Positions 17,850 through 27,783 of a DNA stretch of 64,000 nucleotides are shown here, piece after piece. Position 1 is the first letter of the stretch; each line of letters starts with the position of its first letter. The position numbers and the translations under genes are program-made. Source of the DNA: Candidatus Woesearchaeota archaeon. GTDB lineage: Archaea; Nanobdellota; Nanobdellia; Pacearchaeales; GW2011-AR1. The stretch spans positions 5,633 to 69,632 of the forward strand of contig CAYZNI010000002.1 in the NCBI GenBank assembly GCA_964479755.1. The letters run 5' to 3'. The notes below the pieces were generated by a model. The model was not told the origin of the DNA, ran no database searches, and worked only from the letters and a program-made list of their open reading frames with translations.

Positions 17850-19379
17850 CTAATTCTGTATAGTGAACTTAGCCAAAACTTCCCCAGGGTTTTTGTGATA
17901 CTCATTGACAACGGCAGCAACATCATCAAAACTTGTGATTCTTTTTTTGTATAGTTCAACAAGCAATTTAGCGCGGGTTATCATCTCTCTTTGCAGCTTC
18001 TCAACAGGAATTCCTGTCTTCATAGAGATTTTCTCAAAGACTTTGCTTTGTCTCTTGTAATAAAACACGTCATTAGTCGGCCCCCATTTGAACGGTGTGT
18101 TCACGAGCGCAGTTCCTTCATTGTTCACATTTACAACCTCTACCACCTCCCTGATCTTTCTGGTGTCTTGGTTGTTCACAACCGCGTGGGTTGCAATTGC
18201 TACGCAGTCCAGAGTATTTACTAAAGTTGGCGACAAACTTATTGGAGGCGTTTGAAGTCTTCTGACTAAAGTATCAACCGAATCCGCATGCATCGTGCTC
18301 AAAGAAGAGTGCCCGGAGGCCATTCCTTGAAATAAAACAAAAGCTTCTTTTCCTCTAACTTCCCCGACTATCAGGTAATCCGGATTTTGCCTGAACGAAC
18401 TTTTGAGTATCTCAAACAAGTCAACTTCCCCGACCTTTCCTATACCTATAGACGTTCTGGCGACTGAAGGTAGCCAGTTTTCTCTTGGCAGGTTGATTTC
18501 CCGAGTATCTTCAATGCTTACCACTCTTGCTTCGGGCGGAATAAAAAAAGCCAATGCGTTCAACAAAGTCGTTTTTCCAGAAGCAGTGCCACCGCTCACT
18601 AAAATATTTGATTTGTTCTCTATCAATATCCAGAAATACGCGAGCATCTCCGGGGATAGTGTTTTCATAGCAATCAACTGGACAGGCGTCCACGGAACTT
18701 TTGTGAATTTTCTAATCGTGAAAGTCGGTCCTCTCGAGCTAACGTCTTTTGTGTATGTCGCGTTCACTCTGGAGCCATCGGGCAAGGTGCCATCTAAAAG
18801 CGGTTGGGCATAAGAAACATATCTTCCTGACCTCTGTGCGAGTTTTTCCACGAAACTTGCAAGCTTGTCTATCTCATTTTCCCTGAAAGAAATATTCGTT
18901 CTCAAATTCCTGTAGATTCTGTGCACTACATATATTGGAGTCTCAACCCCGTTGCATTCAATGTCTTCAATAAAGTAATCCCGAAGCAAGGGGTCGATCT
19001 CATTCAATCCCACAAAATCTCTGAAGAGATAATAAAAAATTCTGTCATAACTTTCGCTCTTTATATTAAGGTTCAATTCTTCAATCAATAATCTCGCAGT
19101 CTTGTCAATATATTCAATTAACGCCTCCGTTGACTTGTCAACCGCCACATTAACATTAATAAGCTCAGTCATTGCACTCTCAAGTTTCGCAAGTACCTCG
19201 CGCTCGCGTTCATCAATTGTCGGTTCTTCAACCTCATAAACTAGCTCTTTTGACTTGTCATCCCAAAAAATATGAGCAGATGCATAAGGCGAAATTAAAA
19301 CATATCTGACATCAACCTTCCTTTTGTCATCAAATCTTTTCAGCGGCGGTATCGTAGGGCTGATATTTATCTGAATCAT
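17850..19379 (-). CDS. type IV pilus/archaellum assembly ATPase (FlaI/TadA/GspE family)
   Basis: Walker A GGTASGKTT plus the VirB11/GspE core (VVSIEDTREINLP…) at 509 aa. A TATA tttaaata sits ~25 nt upstream of the ATG. Confidence 0.8.
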   Translation of the reverse strand: MIQINISPTIPPLKRFDDKRKVDVRYVLISPYASAHIFWDDKSKELVYEVEEPTIDEREREVLAKLESAMTELINVNVAVDKSTEALIEYIDKTARLLIEELNLNIKSESYDRIFYYLFRDFVGLNEIDPLLRDYFIEDIECNGVETPIYVVHRIYRNLRTNISFRENEIDKLASFVEKLAQRSGRYVSYAQPLLDGTLPDGSRVNATYTKDVSSRGPTFTIRKFTKVPWTPVQLIAMKTLSPEMLAYFWILIENKSNILVSGGTASGKTTLLNALAFFIPPEARVVSIEDTREINLPRENWLPSVARTSIGIGKVGEVDLFEILKSSFRQNPDYLIVGEVRGKEAFVLFQGMASGHSSLSTMHADSVDTLVRRLQTPPISLSPTLVNTLDCVAIATHAVVNNQDTRKIREVVEVVNVNNEGTALVNTPFKWGPTNDVFYYKRQSKVFEKISMKTGIPVEKLQREMITRAKLLVELYKKRITSFDDVAAVVNEYHKNPGEVLAKFTIQN

Positions 19380-19535
19380 TTTCTTAAGAGCAACTCTATT
19401 TATTTAAAGCTAATGATTATCACTGTTTTTTGATTATACTAAGCTACTTTATTACAATAATTTATCGATAACTATTTACTGAAATTATTCAGCATTTCAC
19501 TATTGAGGGTATTGGCAAACATTATTTTCATACAG

Positions 19536-19582
19536 TCAATAATCAATAAAAAATAACTGCAATTTGATTTAATAATTATTAT
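19536..19582. repeat. 47-nt conserved intergenic element (family 2), copy A
   Basis: tcaataatcaataaaaaataactgcaatttgatttaataattattat matches 30129-30175 at 44/47 positions. On the minus strand it contains a T-rich run ~57 nt after the stop of gene 19642..21387. Confidence 0.6.
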
Positions 19583-19641
19583 AACATTGAAATACATTTA
19601 CAAACTCTTCAAAAAAGCAGTAATTCCAAGAACTCCTTTAA

Positions 19642-21387
19642 TTATTTTTCTCTTTTAAATAATTCAACCAGCCACTCCAAAAGTTTTTCAAAAATGTTTT
19701 TTGATTCTTCCATTCGCAAACTTTCTGTATTTTCAGTTGCTGCATTATCTTCAGTTGAATTTTCTTCATTTTCAATCTTGCACACACCCTCCCCGCACTC
19801 GCCCTCACAAACAATACTAGCATTTATTACAGAATCCTCTGAGCAATAGTATTCTGTAAGCTTGTTTTCTTCGCATGAATCTGTAAAATCTCCGTTTCGG
19901 TCGCTGGCAGTCCCTCTGACTTGATAATTAACTCCACCATCGCTGTCTGAGCACTCTTTTTCCTCAATTCTGAAAGTCACACTATTGTTATTGTTAGTTT
20001 CCGAGGACTCATTGATTGAATTTGTCAAATCTGCAATAGCTGTTCCAACATAATTTCCGGCAGATTGGACATAAACAATTCCAGTCACATTTGCTGACTG
20101 CCCGACTTCAAGCGCAGAAGTCGTTTTATTTGTTGAAAAGTTTAAAATTCTAAATCCTGTCATGCTCGCTCTCGCCTTGGCCCCTCCGATGTTCTTCACA
20201 CTCGCGGTAAAAATAACTCCAAAGCCAGAACTTGAATGGCTCCCTACTTTAGTGCTTAAGCTAGAAACAACTAAGTCAGGTCGAGAGTTGTTCTCCAAAG
20301 GAGAGGCAGTTTCATTCCTCTCCAGCGTCACGTTTAAAATCGTTATGTAGCTGCTGTTCACATTGACTAGAATTTTAAAATCCAAATATTCACTTTTAAT
20401 AAGTTTTATCTCGTGAGCTCCGGGGTTTGTGCTGTAGCTCTTCGGCGTAACACCTTTTAAAACTCCGCCGTCATAAACGCTCGCTCCCGAAGGAGTTGAA
20501 ATGACAGACAGCGTTCCATTTGCAGCCCCGCAGCTTTCTCCAAGATTTGAGCACTCGTTGTCTCCTGTGCCGTTTACCTGAGCGCATGAAAAATTCACGC
20601 ATTCCAAATGAGTTCGGTTATCCTGAGGTTCTAAGAGTACTCCGCATGTTTCGCCTATCTCAGTGCATTCATTTTCTCCCTCTCCTGGAGAAAACGTGCA
20701 TAAATTGCTGAGACAGGCTCCATATCCTCCAACTCCATTCTGGCACATTGAGACTTTAACATTATTTGAAAAACAATTGCCCAAATTGCAAGTCCACTCT
20801 CTCAAGCTAGTTCCAGAAATGCAAGAGTCTGTTTGGTTTCCATTTGCATCACTGCACGTTCCTGCAGCATAATAATCATCTCCATCGCTATCCGTGCAGG
20901 TCCTGCTTTGCTCACAAGCGCCCTCAACGCATTGAAATCCATCTCCGCACATGGTTAAATTTCCAAATTCCAGACAGCCATCAGCATTAAAATCTCCGCA
21001 ATTAAGTCTGCTATTTCCATCGCATTGCGCCTCTTCGGGGGAACATTCGTCCTGGCAAATGTTGAAACATCCGCTTGAATTAATAGTACAATCACTTCTG
21101 CAAAGCAAATTTCCCGATGTAAAGTTAAAATTTGCGCAGCTTTTTCCGTTGAAATCTGTTCCCTCGCATTCCTCGCCGCCTTCAACAATCTCATTGCCGC
21201 AAACTGTTTGTGTTTGACTGCTCCCGAAATTATCCGTATATGGAGAATAACTAATTCCGCACTTTGCAAGCCCAAACCAGCTGAGCAACCTCTCCCAAAT
21301 TCCGCAATCTCCGGCCGCAGAAACAAAGCTGGTAAAAAATATCAACGAGGCAAAAAAAACAAAGGCAATTCCAGCACCACTTTTCAT
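19642..21387 (-). CDS. Cys-rich secreted protein with Myxococcus-type cysteine-rich repeats
   Basis: Signal peptide, then repeated CxxGxxExxEEC(D/E)G modules (VCGNEIVEGGEECEG). Confidence 0.5.
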   Translation of the reverse strand: MKSGAGIAFVFFASLIFFTSFVSAAGDCGIWERLLSWFGLAKCGISYSPYTDNFGSSQTQTVCGNEIVEGGEECEGTDFNGKSCANFNFTSGNLLCRSDCTINSSGCFNICQDECSPEEAQCDGNSRLNCGDFNADGCLEFGNLTMCGDGFQCVEGACEQSRTCTDSDGDDYYAAGTCSDANGNQTDSCISGTSLREWTCNLGNCFSNNVKVSMCQNGVGGYGACLSNLCTFSPGEGENECTEIGETCGVLLEPQDNRTHLECVNFSCAQVNGTGDNECSNLGESCGAANGTLSVISTPSGASVYDGGVLKGVTPKSYSTNPGAHEIKLIKSEYLDFKILVNVNSSYITILNVTLERNETASPLENNSRPDLVVSSLSTKVGSHSSSGFGVIFTASVKNIGGAKARASMTGFRILNFSTNKTTSALEVGQSANVTGIVYVQSAGNYVGTAIADLTNSINESSETNNNNSVTFRIEEKECSDSDGGVNYQVRGTASDRNGDFTDSCEENKLTEYYCSEDSVINASIVCEGECGEGVCKIENEENSTEDNAATENTESLRMEESKNIFEKLLEWLVELFKREK

Positions 21388-21802
21388 ATAAATTACAGAA
21401 AAATTAGTTATTTAATATTTTCGATACGGAAAAAGTTAAAAATTATTGGCTAGGCGCAACTCTGGCGCTATTGTTTACGCCAAAGTATCTCTAAAAAAGT
21501 CGCTGAAAATTAAAACTTAAAATAGGTTCTTTGAATGGCTGTCCTGCCAATTAAAAATTTATTTTGAATTTCATACCAGCAACTAATCTACTTAGCATCT
21601 AAGTTGTGAAAAATAGCTGCAAAAATATTCTTTATCTGCAAATATTGTGTTCGTTAAAAAATTACTAAAAACAAATATGGAAAATAAAAAAACTTTAATA
21701 CAACTTTTACATTTTTTCATTTTTCCTCATTTCACAAAATGAACTTATCAAGATATTATTCAAACTACTAAATCTATCTCGCAATATAGTCCCTAATTGC
21801 TT

Positions 21803-22342
21803 TTAATTGCCTCCGGAAACCTCTCTGATATCTAAAAGGACCTTTCCATTGGAAACGCCCTTATTTTCAATAGAGAAAGAGTAGGGTGTTGAACTTTCAG
21901 AGAACACTTGCTGAATCTCTTTTCCCGCATAGGTGAGATTTGCAATATGGTAATATGCACTGGCTATTTTTACATTTGAAGTTTTTCCGTTTTTTATAGT
22001 GATAAGGTACAAAGGCCCCACGTTAATTGTTCGTCCTATTTCCGAATATGGCTTTGTAAGCTTGTCAATTTCAAATAAAATTTCATCAGCTTCCCCGTTA
22101 ACCTCAAGATTGCCTCTCTTAATAAAGAAAAAATCCACTTTTCTGACATTCCCAGGGCCTGCGTCAATTACCTCTTTTATTTTCGCGTCAAAAGAATTCA
22201 TCGCGTCAATCGATTGTTCAACGATTACTCTGTCCTTGTATGCATTTATTTTCGGCAGCGCCAGGGACAAAACTACTCCGATTAAAGTCAGCCCAATTAA
22301 AGTGTAAATCACCGTCTCAACCCAAACTTGCGCGTTCTTCAT
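21803..22342 (-). CDS. pilin-like protein
   Basis: N-terminus MKNA|QVWVETVIYTLIGLTLIGVV with E at +5 and a hydrophobic helix. Confidence 0.45.
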   Translation of the reverse strand: MKNAQVWVETVIYTLIGLTLIGVVLSLALPKINAYKDRVIVEQSIDAMNSFDAKIKEVIDAGPGNVRKVDFFFIKRGNLEVNGEADEILFEIDKLTKPYSEIGRTINVGPLYLITIKNGKTSNVKIASAYYHIANLTYAGKEIQQVFSESSTPYSFSIENKGVSNGKVLLDIREVSGGN

Positions 22343-22863
22343 TAGTCACATCTCCCATTGTCAATAGTCAAGTCAATAGAATCGCTAACTTCACAGGCTC
22401 TCCCAGATTTTAAAATTGGAAGTATCTCTGCCTTTTCGAAAATACTCGTAGTGTTAAATCCAAACGTTCTAATTTCGTTCCTTAGCGGGATTAATAGCGG
22501 GCTGGTTCTATTGTAAACCATTTTAACATTGCCCATATTGGTTCCATTAATGACATCAAAAACTTCACTTGAGCCGTCGTATTTTGTAAATGAGGTTTTG
22601 AAACCTTTAACCTGGCTTTCTTTTCCCCCAGGGAAATTAGTTTTGATGCTCATCCAGTATTCACCTGCAGAATCATTTTTGCAGTTAAATCCATTCGCCT
22701 CTTCAAATAAAAAGTAATCTTTATAGTCATTGCATTCAGTACTCTTGTTTAAATTATCTCTAACATATGGAACTAAAAGGCCAATTAAAAAGACTACCGC
22801 AGAAAAAGTCATAAGCAAGATTCCAAGAACTGCAATAATCTCAGACAGGCCTTTCTTCTCCAT
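22342..22863 (-). CDS. archaeal pilin-like protein (class III signal peptide); start reassigned to MEKKG
   Basis: MEKKG|LSEIIAVLGILLMTFSAVVFL. The track ORF begins 23 codons upstream and would overlap the next gene. Confidence 0.5.
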   Translation of the reverse strand: MEKKGLSEIIAVLGILLMTFSAVVFLIGLLVPYVRDNLNKSTECNDYKDYFLFEEANGFNCKNDSAGEYWMSIKTNFPGGKESQVKGFKTSFTKYDGSSEVFDVINGTNMGNVKMVYNRTSPLLIPLRNEIRTFGFNTTSIFEKAEILPILKSGRACEVSDSIDLTIDNGRCD

Positions 22864-22864
22864 T

Positions 22865-23329
22865 TTATTGAATTTCAACTTCTTGGGTGTAGCTGCTGCT
22901 GCAAACATGCGTCTTGGTCTCGCCGTTTTCAAGCTGTCCCAAAAGCACGGGAGTAAGTTCTAAAGTTTCGCCAGCATTGACAATCATATTTTCGGGAAAA
23001 TTAATATGCGCGCTCTGTCCGATTCCTATGCTTGTGTCTCCATTTAAGTTTTCCACTCCTGCACTATCCCCAAGAAGTGCTGATTTTCTTACTTCCATTG
23101 CATAAATCGGAATTGTTCCCTGATTTACAATGTCAATTCCGCTTGAAGCAAAAGCCTGCACCTCAAAATAGACTTCCTGGCACGATTGTTCAACATCGGC
23201 GCCTTGTTTTTGAACTGACTCTCCAATAAAACTTCTTGCCCAAAGAAATATTATTACGGCAAGTATCAGCGCCAATGTAATAAGCAGCATTGTCGCGACA
23301 ACCGGCGACAAACCTCTCTTCTTTAACAT
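22865..23329 (-). CDS. archaeal type IV pilin (DUF361-type N-terminal domain)
   Basis: MLKKRG|LSPVVATMLLITLALILAVIIF matches the archaeal pilin N-terminal consensus (RGxSPVIATVLLI). Start reassigned from 23389. Confidence 0.6.
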   Translation of the reverse strand: MLKKRGLSPVVATMLLITLALILAVIIFLWARSFIGESVQKQGADVEQSCQEVYFEVQAFASSGIDIVNQGTIPIYAMEVRKSALLGDSAGVENLNGDTSIGIGQSAHINFPENMIVNAGETLELTPVLLGQLENGETKTHVCSSSYTQEVEIQ

Positions 23330-23406
23330 CTTTAATAGACGAATCTTTTGTTTAAAAAACTTTGTTTCAAAGTTGGATTCATCATGCAAAAAACTTCTTA
23401 AAAAAA

Positions 23407-24381
23407 TTATTTCCCATTAATGTGCTCATATGCATAATACGCCGCAGTGCAGCCCTCAGCAACTCCTGTTATTGCCTGCTTGAATGGTTTGTCAGCAACA
23501 TCGCCCGCAGCAAACACTCCCGGAACGTTTGTTTCAGAGCTTTTATGATTGATAATTATTTCACCTTTCTCATTCAAAGCCACACCAAGTGGCTTAGCCA
23601 AGTCAGATAAAATTATATGTCCAATCGCGACAAAAACCCCCTCTAGCTTTAGTTCTCTGTCGTTCTTATAGGATTTGTCCAATACAACGCTCTCAACAAA
23701 TTTCTTGCCCTTGACTTCCATCACATTTGTATTGGTTATTACTTCAATTTTCTTATTGTCTTGTATTCTTTTGATATTTATCGGCTCAGCTCTTATTTTT
23801 TCTCCCCTGTAAATTATGTAAACTTTTTTCGCGTGCTCTGCCAAGACCAGTGCATCCTTAGCCGCACTGTCAGAGCCGCCTACAACGCATACCGTTTTAT
23901 TTTTGTATAAAGGCCCATCGCATAAAGCGCAATAAGCCACTCCTTTATTTTCAAATTCACTTCCTCCCTTGCATTCAAGTTTTCTCCATTTTGTCCCGGT
24001 GGCAATCAGCAATGACTTGGAAAAATATTCTGCCTTTTCGGTTTTAACAAAAAAACCATCATCTTTTTTGCCAACATCGGTCGCCTTTTCTTCTCTAATT
24101 GTAACAAGTTTATAGGCCTGTGCGTGTTCTCTAATTTTATCTGCAAGTTCCGTTCCAGTAAGTTTGATAAATCCAGGATAATTTTCAACAACATTAGTAG
24201 TGGTTATAACTCCCCCAAGGGGCAGCTCGCTGCCGTGTGATTTTCCAAGCACGAGAGTCCTCATTCCCAATCTAGCTCCGTACATTCCAGCAGCCATTCC
24301 AGCAACTCCAGCGCCAATTATCAGAAAATCATAATTATTATTTTCCTTTTTACTATCTTTCACAACTTTTTTCTTTGGCAT
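23407..24381 (-). CDS. trxB: thioredoxin reductase (FAD/NAD(P)-dependent disulfide oxidoreductase)
   Basis: FAD motif DFLIIGAGVAGMAAG, redox-active CALCDG, NADPH motif VCVVGGSDSA. Confidence 0.7.
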   Translation of the reverse strand: MPKKKVVKDSKKENNNYDFLIIGAGVAGMAAGMYGARLGMRTLVLGKSHGSELPLGGVITTTNVVENYPGFIKLTGTELADKIREHAQAYKLVTIREEKATDVGKKDDGFFVKTEKAEYFSKSLLIATGTKWRKLECKGGSEFENKGVAYCALCDGPLYKNKTVCVVGGSDSAAKDALVLAEHAKKVYIIYRGEKIRAEPINIKRIQDNKKIEVITNTNVMEVKGKKFVESVVLDKSYKNDRELKLEGVFVAIGHIILSDLAKPLGVALNEKGEIIINHKSSETNVPGVFAAGDVADKPFKQAITGVAEGCTAAYYAYEHINGK

Positions 24382-24417
24382 TTTAAAGATTAGAAATCAA
24401 ATTATTTAAAATTATGT

Positions 24418-25638
24418 TTATGGCAAATTAAAGTTCACACTTAAAACATTATTGCCCTCATTCGACTCAGATATACTTCCAAGAGAATCTGCTATTGCCC
24501 TGGCTACTCTACTGCCCTGAGGAATACTATAAACATTAGCAGAAACAACTATAGAAGAACCAGGAGCCAAAGGAATAGTGCTTGGATTTGCAAAATTGTA
24601 ACCAACAACTTCTAACTTTGTGTTACTTGTTCCAGCAATTGTAGTTCCAATGTTCTTAACAGTTGCTTTTAAAGTTACACTGTAATAATTAATTGTCCCA
24701 TTTGTTCCGTTAGTGCTGCCCATATAAGTCTTATTAGAAACGGTTAAATTAGTGACAGTCAAATCAGGAAAACTAAGGTTTCCGCAAGCTGAACCTAGAG
24801 GAGAACAGGTATTATTGCCAAATCCTGAAACCAAAGAACAAGTGTTTGATACGCAAGCTAAATGAGTTTGATTAACTTGTTGAATGCATCTTCCCCCATT
24901 ACAGGTATAGCCAGAAGGACAAGGCCCTCTAAAAGAAGAATAAATCTCAGAGTTCAAGCAATAGTATTCATAAAGGAAAGAACTTGCCCCATTTGGATAA
25001 CAATAATCAGTATAAGAATAATTACCAACACTGCCATTCTGATAAATATTGCCATAAACAGTTCCTTGTGCGTATATATTATTTCCACCATCAGTATCAT
25101 AGCAAGTATTCAAAGATTTGCAAGCCCCCTCAATACAATTAAACCCATTAGGGCAACTATACACCTCTTTTTTAGCCCAGCCCATATTAGAATCCCAAGT
25201 CTCATTAGGAGAAATGCAAGAGTGTTCAGTTACTTGGCTTCCACTATAGCAATAATCAGTCAACTGTTGTCCTGCCAAAACTGTCCCTTCCGTTACTATT
25301 CCTTTTGCATAAATATTAGTCCATCCATCTGTGTCTGAACAAGAGTATGGTAAACATTGATTGTTCCAGCATCCATATTGGCAAGGAATCCCCGGTCCCC
25401 AAATTAAACAACTAGTATTATAATACCCGCAAACATAAGAAGTTCCATCTTTGCAATATTTGTCTCCCAAGCTGCATTGATCTGCACAGCCTACTCCCTT
25501 TTCAATTTTTCCAGATGCGCCAGCTTTAACAGGAGAGTAGCCAACATTACCATTTACAGACAGAGAAACAGCAAGGACAAGAGCAAAAAGAGCGAAAATT
25601 CCGGCAACACCCCAAACAATCACACTGCTCTTTTTCAT
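24418..25638 (-). CDS. Cys-rich secreted surface protein; start reassigned to MKKSSVIVWGV
   Basis: Signal-anchor VIVWGVAGIFALFALVLAVSLSV and >40 Cys. Confidence 0.5.
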   Translation of the reverse strand: MKKSSVIVWGVAGIFALFALVLAVSLSVNGNVGYSPVKAGASGKIEKGVGCADQCSLGDKYCKDGTSYVCGYYNTSCLIWGPGIPCQYGCWNNQCLPYSCSDTDGWTNIYAKGIVTEGTVLAGQQLTDYCYSGSQVTEHSCISPNETWDSNMGWAKKEVYSCPNGFNCIEGACKSLNTCYDTDGGNNIYAQGTVYGNIYQNGSVGNYSYTDYCYPNGASSFLYEYYCLNSEIYSSFRGPCPSGYTCNGGRCIQQVNQTHLACVSNTCSLVSGFGNNTCSPLGSACGNLSFPDLTVTNLTVSNKTYMGSTNGTNGTINYYSVTLKATVKNIGTTIAGTSNTKLEVVGYNFANPSTIPLAPGSSIVVSANVYSIPQGSRVARAIADSLGSISESNEGNNVLSVNFNLP

Positions 25639-25874
25639 AATATCAAATAAAAAATATAATATATAAATCTTTGGGTTTTCAATTTTTTTTGCTAATGAAC
25701 TGCCAAACCGCAGCAAGCTGCGAGGTAAAACGATTTTACTTATAATTTGGGACAAGCGCAGATTTTAACGTAAAATTTTTTAATAAATGAAAATCGCAAT
25801 GGAGATTGAATTTAACTCAATTGACTAATCTCCAAAACAGATAATAATAATAAACCCGAATCTTAAATGTTAAT

Positions 25875-26354
25875 ATGGACCAAACCCTAAAAACCTATTT
25901 GGCAAATCACGGCATAAAATACAAAACCCATTCTCATCAGCCAATTTTTACAGTCGCACAGTCTCTAGAGTCAAACGCCGAAATTCCAGGAGTTTTTCAC
26001 ACCAAAAATCTTTTTTTAAAAGACGAAGCAGGCAGTTTCTATCTTGTATGCATGTATGCTCACAAAAAGCTGAATCTCAAAGACCTTAAGAACAAACTTA
26101 AAGCAAAAAAGAAAATTCAATTTGCATCTCAGGAGGAATTAAAGGCGCAGTTAAATGTATCTCCAGGCTCGGTTTCAATATTTTCCGCGATTTATGCAAA
26201 AAAAATCACATTGGTGATTGACAAAAAGATTCTTGAAGCGGAAAAAACAGGGTTTCATCCAAATGACAACACCGCGACTCTGGAAATAAACAAAGAAAAC
26301 CTGCTCAAGTTTTTACAAACTCTTAAAATAAAAACACTTTATCTGGAATTATGA
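25875..26354 (+). CDS. YbaK/ProX-like aminoacyl-tRNA deacylase domain protein
   Basis: 159 aa with the YbaK-like pattern (…HQPIFTVAQSLE…KNLFLKD…YLVCM…SPGSVSIFS…). Confidence 0.5.
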   Translation: MDQTLKTYLANHGIKYKTHSHQPIFTVAQSLESNAEIPGVFHTKNLFLKDEAGSFYLVCMYAHKKLNLKDLKNKLKAKKKIQFASQEELKAQLNVSPGSVSIFSAIYAKKITLVIDKKILEAEKTGFHPNDNTATLEINKENLLKFLQTLKIKTLYLEL

Positions 26355-27121
26355 AAACCTCTCTCGCGCTGATTCTCGCATTTCTTATAACTTTCTTGAT
26401 TGCATTGAACTTTTATTATTTCAATGACTCTAAAAGTGCAAAAACAGTCATCGTAAAAAGAGTGATCGACGGTGACACCCTGGAGACTGCAGACGGAATG
26501 ACAATTCGTCTGTTGAATATCAACACTCCAGAAAAGTCCGAGTTCGGATATAGTGAAGCCAAGTCATTCCTGTCAAGACTCGAAAATAGGTCCGTTGAAA
26601 TGGAAGTCTTTGGCGTTGATAAATACTCCAGAATTCTTGCGAGAATTTACGCTCCAGAGTATATTAATTTAGAAATTGTCAAAAGAGGCCTTGGTAAAAA
26701 ATTCTTGGTTCAAGAGTCTGAGTTAAAACCTTTCAGCGAGGCAGAAAAATCCGCAATTGAAAACTCAATAGGAATCTGGCAGCATTCTCGTTATTACGAC
26801 TGCTTCACTTCAAAAATAAATCCAGAGCAAGAGCTTGTTCATCTGGAGAACTCCTGTCCGGAGATAAATTTAAATGGCTGGATTATAACAGACGAAAGCA
26901 GAAAAAGATATAAGTTTCCGGATATTTCAATAGAGAAGGTAAACCTCCATACAAAAGATGGTGAAGACAATACAACAGACCTCTACTGGAGACAAAAGCA
27001 GGACGTCTGGAACAACAACAGAGACTCTCTCTACTTGCTCGACTCTGAAAGTAAGATTGCTCACTATAATTTTTATGGTTACGATTTTCTTTTTGTTTTT
27101 GCAACTCTCTTCCGCACTTGA
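26351..27121 (+). CDS. secreted staphylococcal-nuclease-like (SNase) thermonuclease with C-terminal lamin-tail domain (LTD)
   Basis: Signal peptide. SNase motifs VKRVIDGDTLE…IRLLNINTPE…RGLGK. LTD pattern NGWIITDESRKRYKFPD…LYWRQKQDVWNNNRDSLYLLD. Confidence 0.65.
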   Translation: MKTSLALILAFLITFLIALNFYYFNDSKSAKTVIVKRVIDGDTLETADGMTIRLLNINTPEKSEFGYSEAKSFLSRLENRSVEMEVFGVDKYSRILARIYAPEYINLEIVKRGLGKKFLVQESELKPFSEAEKSAIENSIGIWQHSRYYDCFTSKINPEQELVHLENSCPEINLNGWIITDESRKRYKFPDISIEKVNLHTKDGEDNTTDLYWRQKQDVWNNNRDSLYLLDSESKIAHYNFYGYDFLFVFATLFRT

Positions 27122-27752
27122 TTTTAGCTTTGATGCGCCAGATTCAGTTCAAATCGATGAATCTTTTGATGTCACAATCAATTCAGAATCTCAAGATGTT
27201 GTAGACGTTAAAATATTCGTACACAAGTCAGAATCTGACAAAGTTGTAAAATCAGATTATATCTCTGAAGTCAACAATGACGGCTGGAAAGACTCATGGT
27301 ATTATATCAAAGAAGCTTTTCCAAAAGTCAAGACCTTTCAAGTGAAAGTTCTAACTGATGCAGGAGACAGGAAAATTTGCGTAAGACTTAGAAAGGCAGG
27401 AACCGATTCAACTTCAATAAAATGCGAATCAATATCTGTCAGTTTATCTGAAAGAAAAAAACAATCCGAAGAGGAAAAGCAAACCGAAAATAGAGAAGAG
27501 GCCTCCATTGAAGATATTAAAAAAGAAGCCTTCACAACGGAAGAATCAACCAATCTAACTATTCTCAAGGAAGAAATAATTCAATCAAATGCTAGTGAGG
27601 AAAAGCCTCTTGAAAAAATCGTGTTAAAAAACCAAAACTATCCAACTAAAGAAATTTCAACCAAGAAAAGTTCTTCAGTAAAATTAGTTTTATATTCGGC
27701 AGGTTTACTTGTTGTTTTTCTTCTAGTCTTGCTTCTTCTGAAGAGAATATAA
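27075..27752 (+). CDS. secreted/TM-anchored acidic protein (start uncertain; alternative ATG 26958)
   Basis: Signal-like MVTIFFLFLQLSSA, E/K-rich linker, C-terminal TM LVLYSAGLLVVFLLVLLLL. Confidence 0.4.
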   Translation: MVTIFFLFLQLSSALDFSFDAPDSVQIDESFDVTINSESQDVVDVKIFVHKSESDKVVKSDYISEVNNDGWKDSWYYIKEAFPKVKTFQVKVLTDAGDRKICVRLRKAGTDSTSIKCESISVSLSERKKQSEEEKQTENREEASIEDIKKEAFTTEESTNLTILKEEIIQSNASEEKPLEKIVLKNQNYPTKEISTKKSSSVKLVLYSAGLLVVFLLVLLLLKRI

Positions 27753-27783
27753 TTTTAAAAACGCGGTTTTCTTACTTAAAAAT

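Noticed and set aside
10330-21326. Numerous 60-160 aa ORFs antisense to the large surface-protein, ATPase and pilus genes (e.g. 10330..10629, 10930..11283, 12230..12511, 18403..18813, 20955..21326)
   Set aside because: All lie entirely within, and opposite to, long well-supported ORFs. They have the low-complexity composition typical of shadow frames.
26958-27121. Possible frameshift fusing the SNase-LTD nuclease to the downstream TM-anchored protein (47-nt overlap, poly-T runs)
   Set aside because: The LTD domain ends naturally at …HYNFYGYDF and the downstream ORF begins with a signal-peptide-like segment. Two separate genes with an uncertain second start is the simpler reading.
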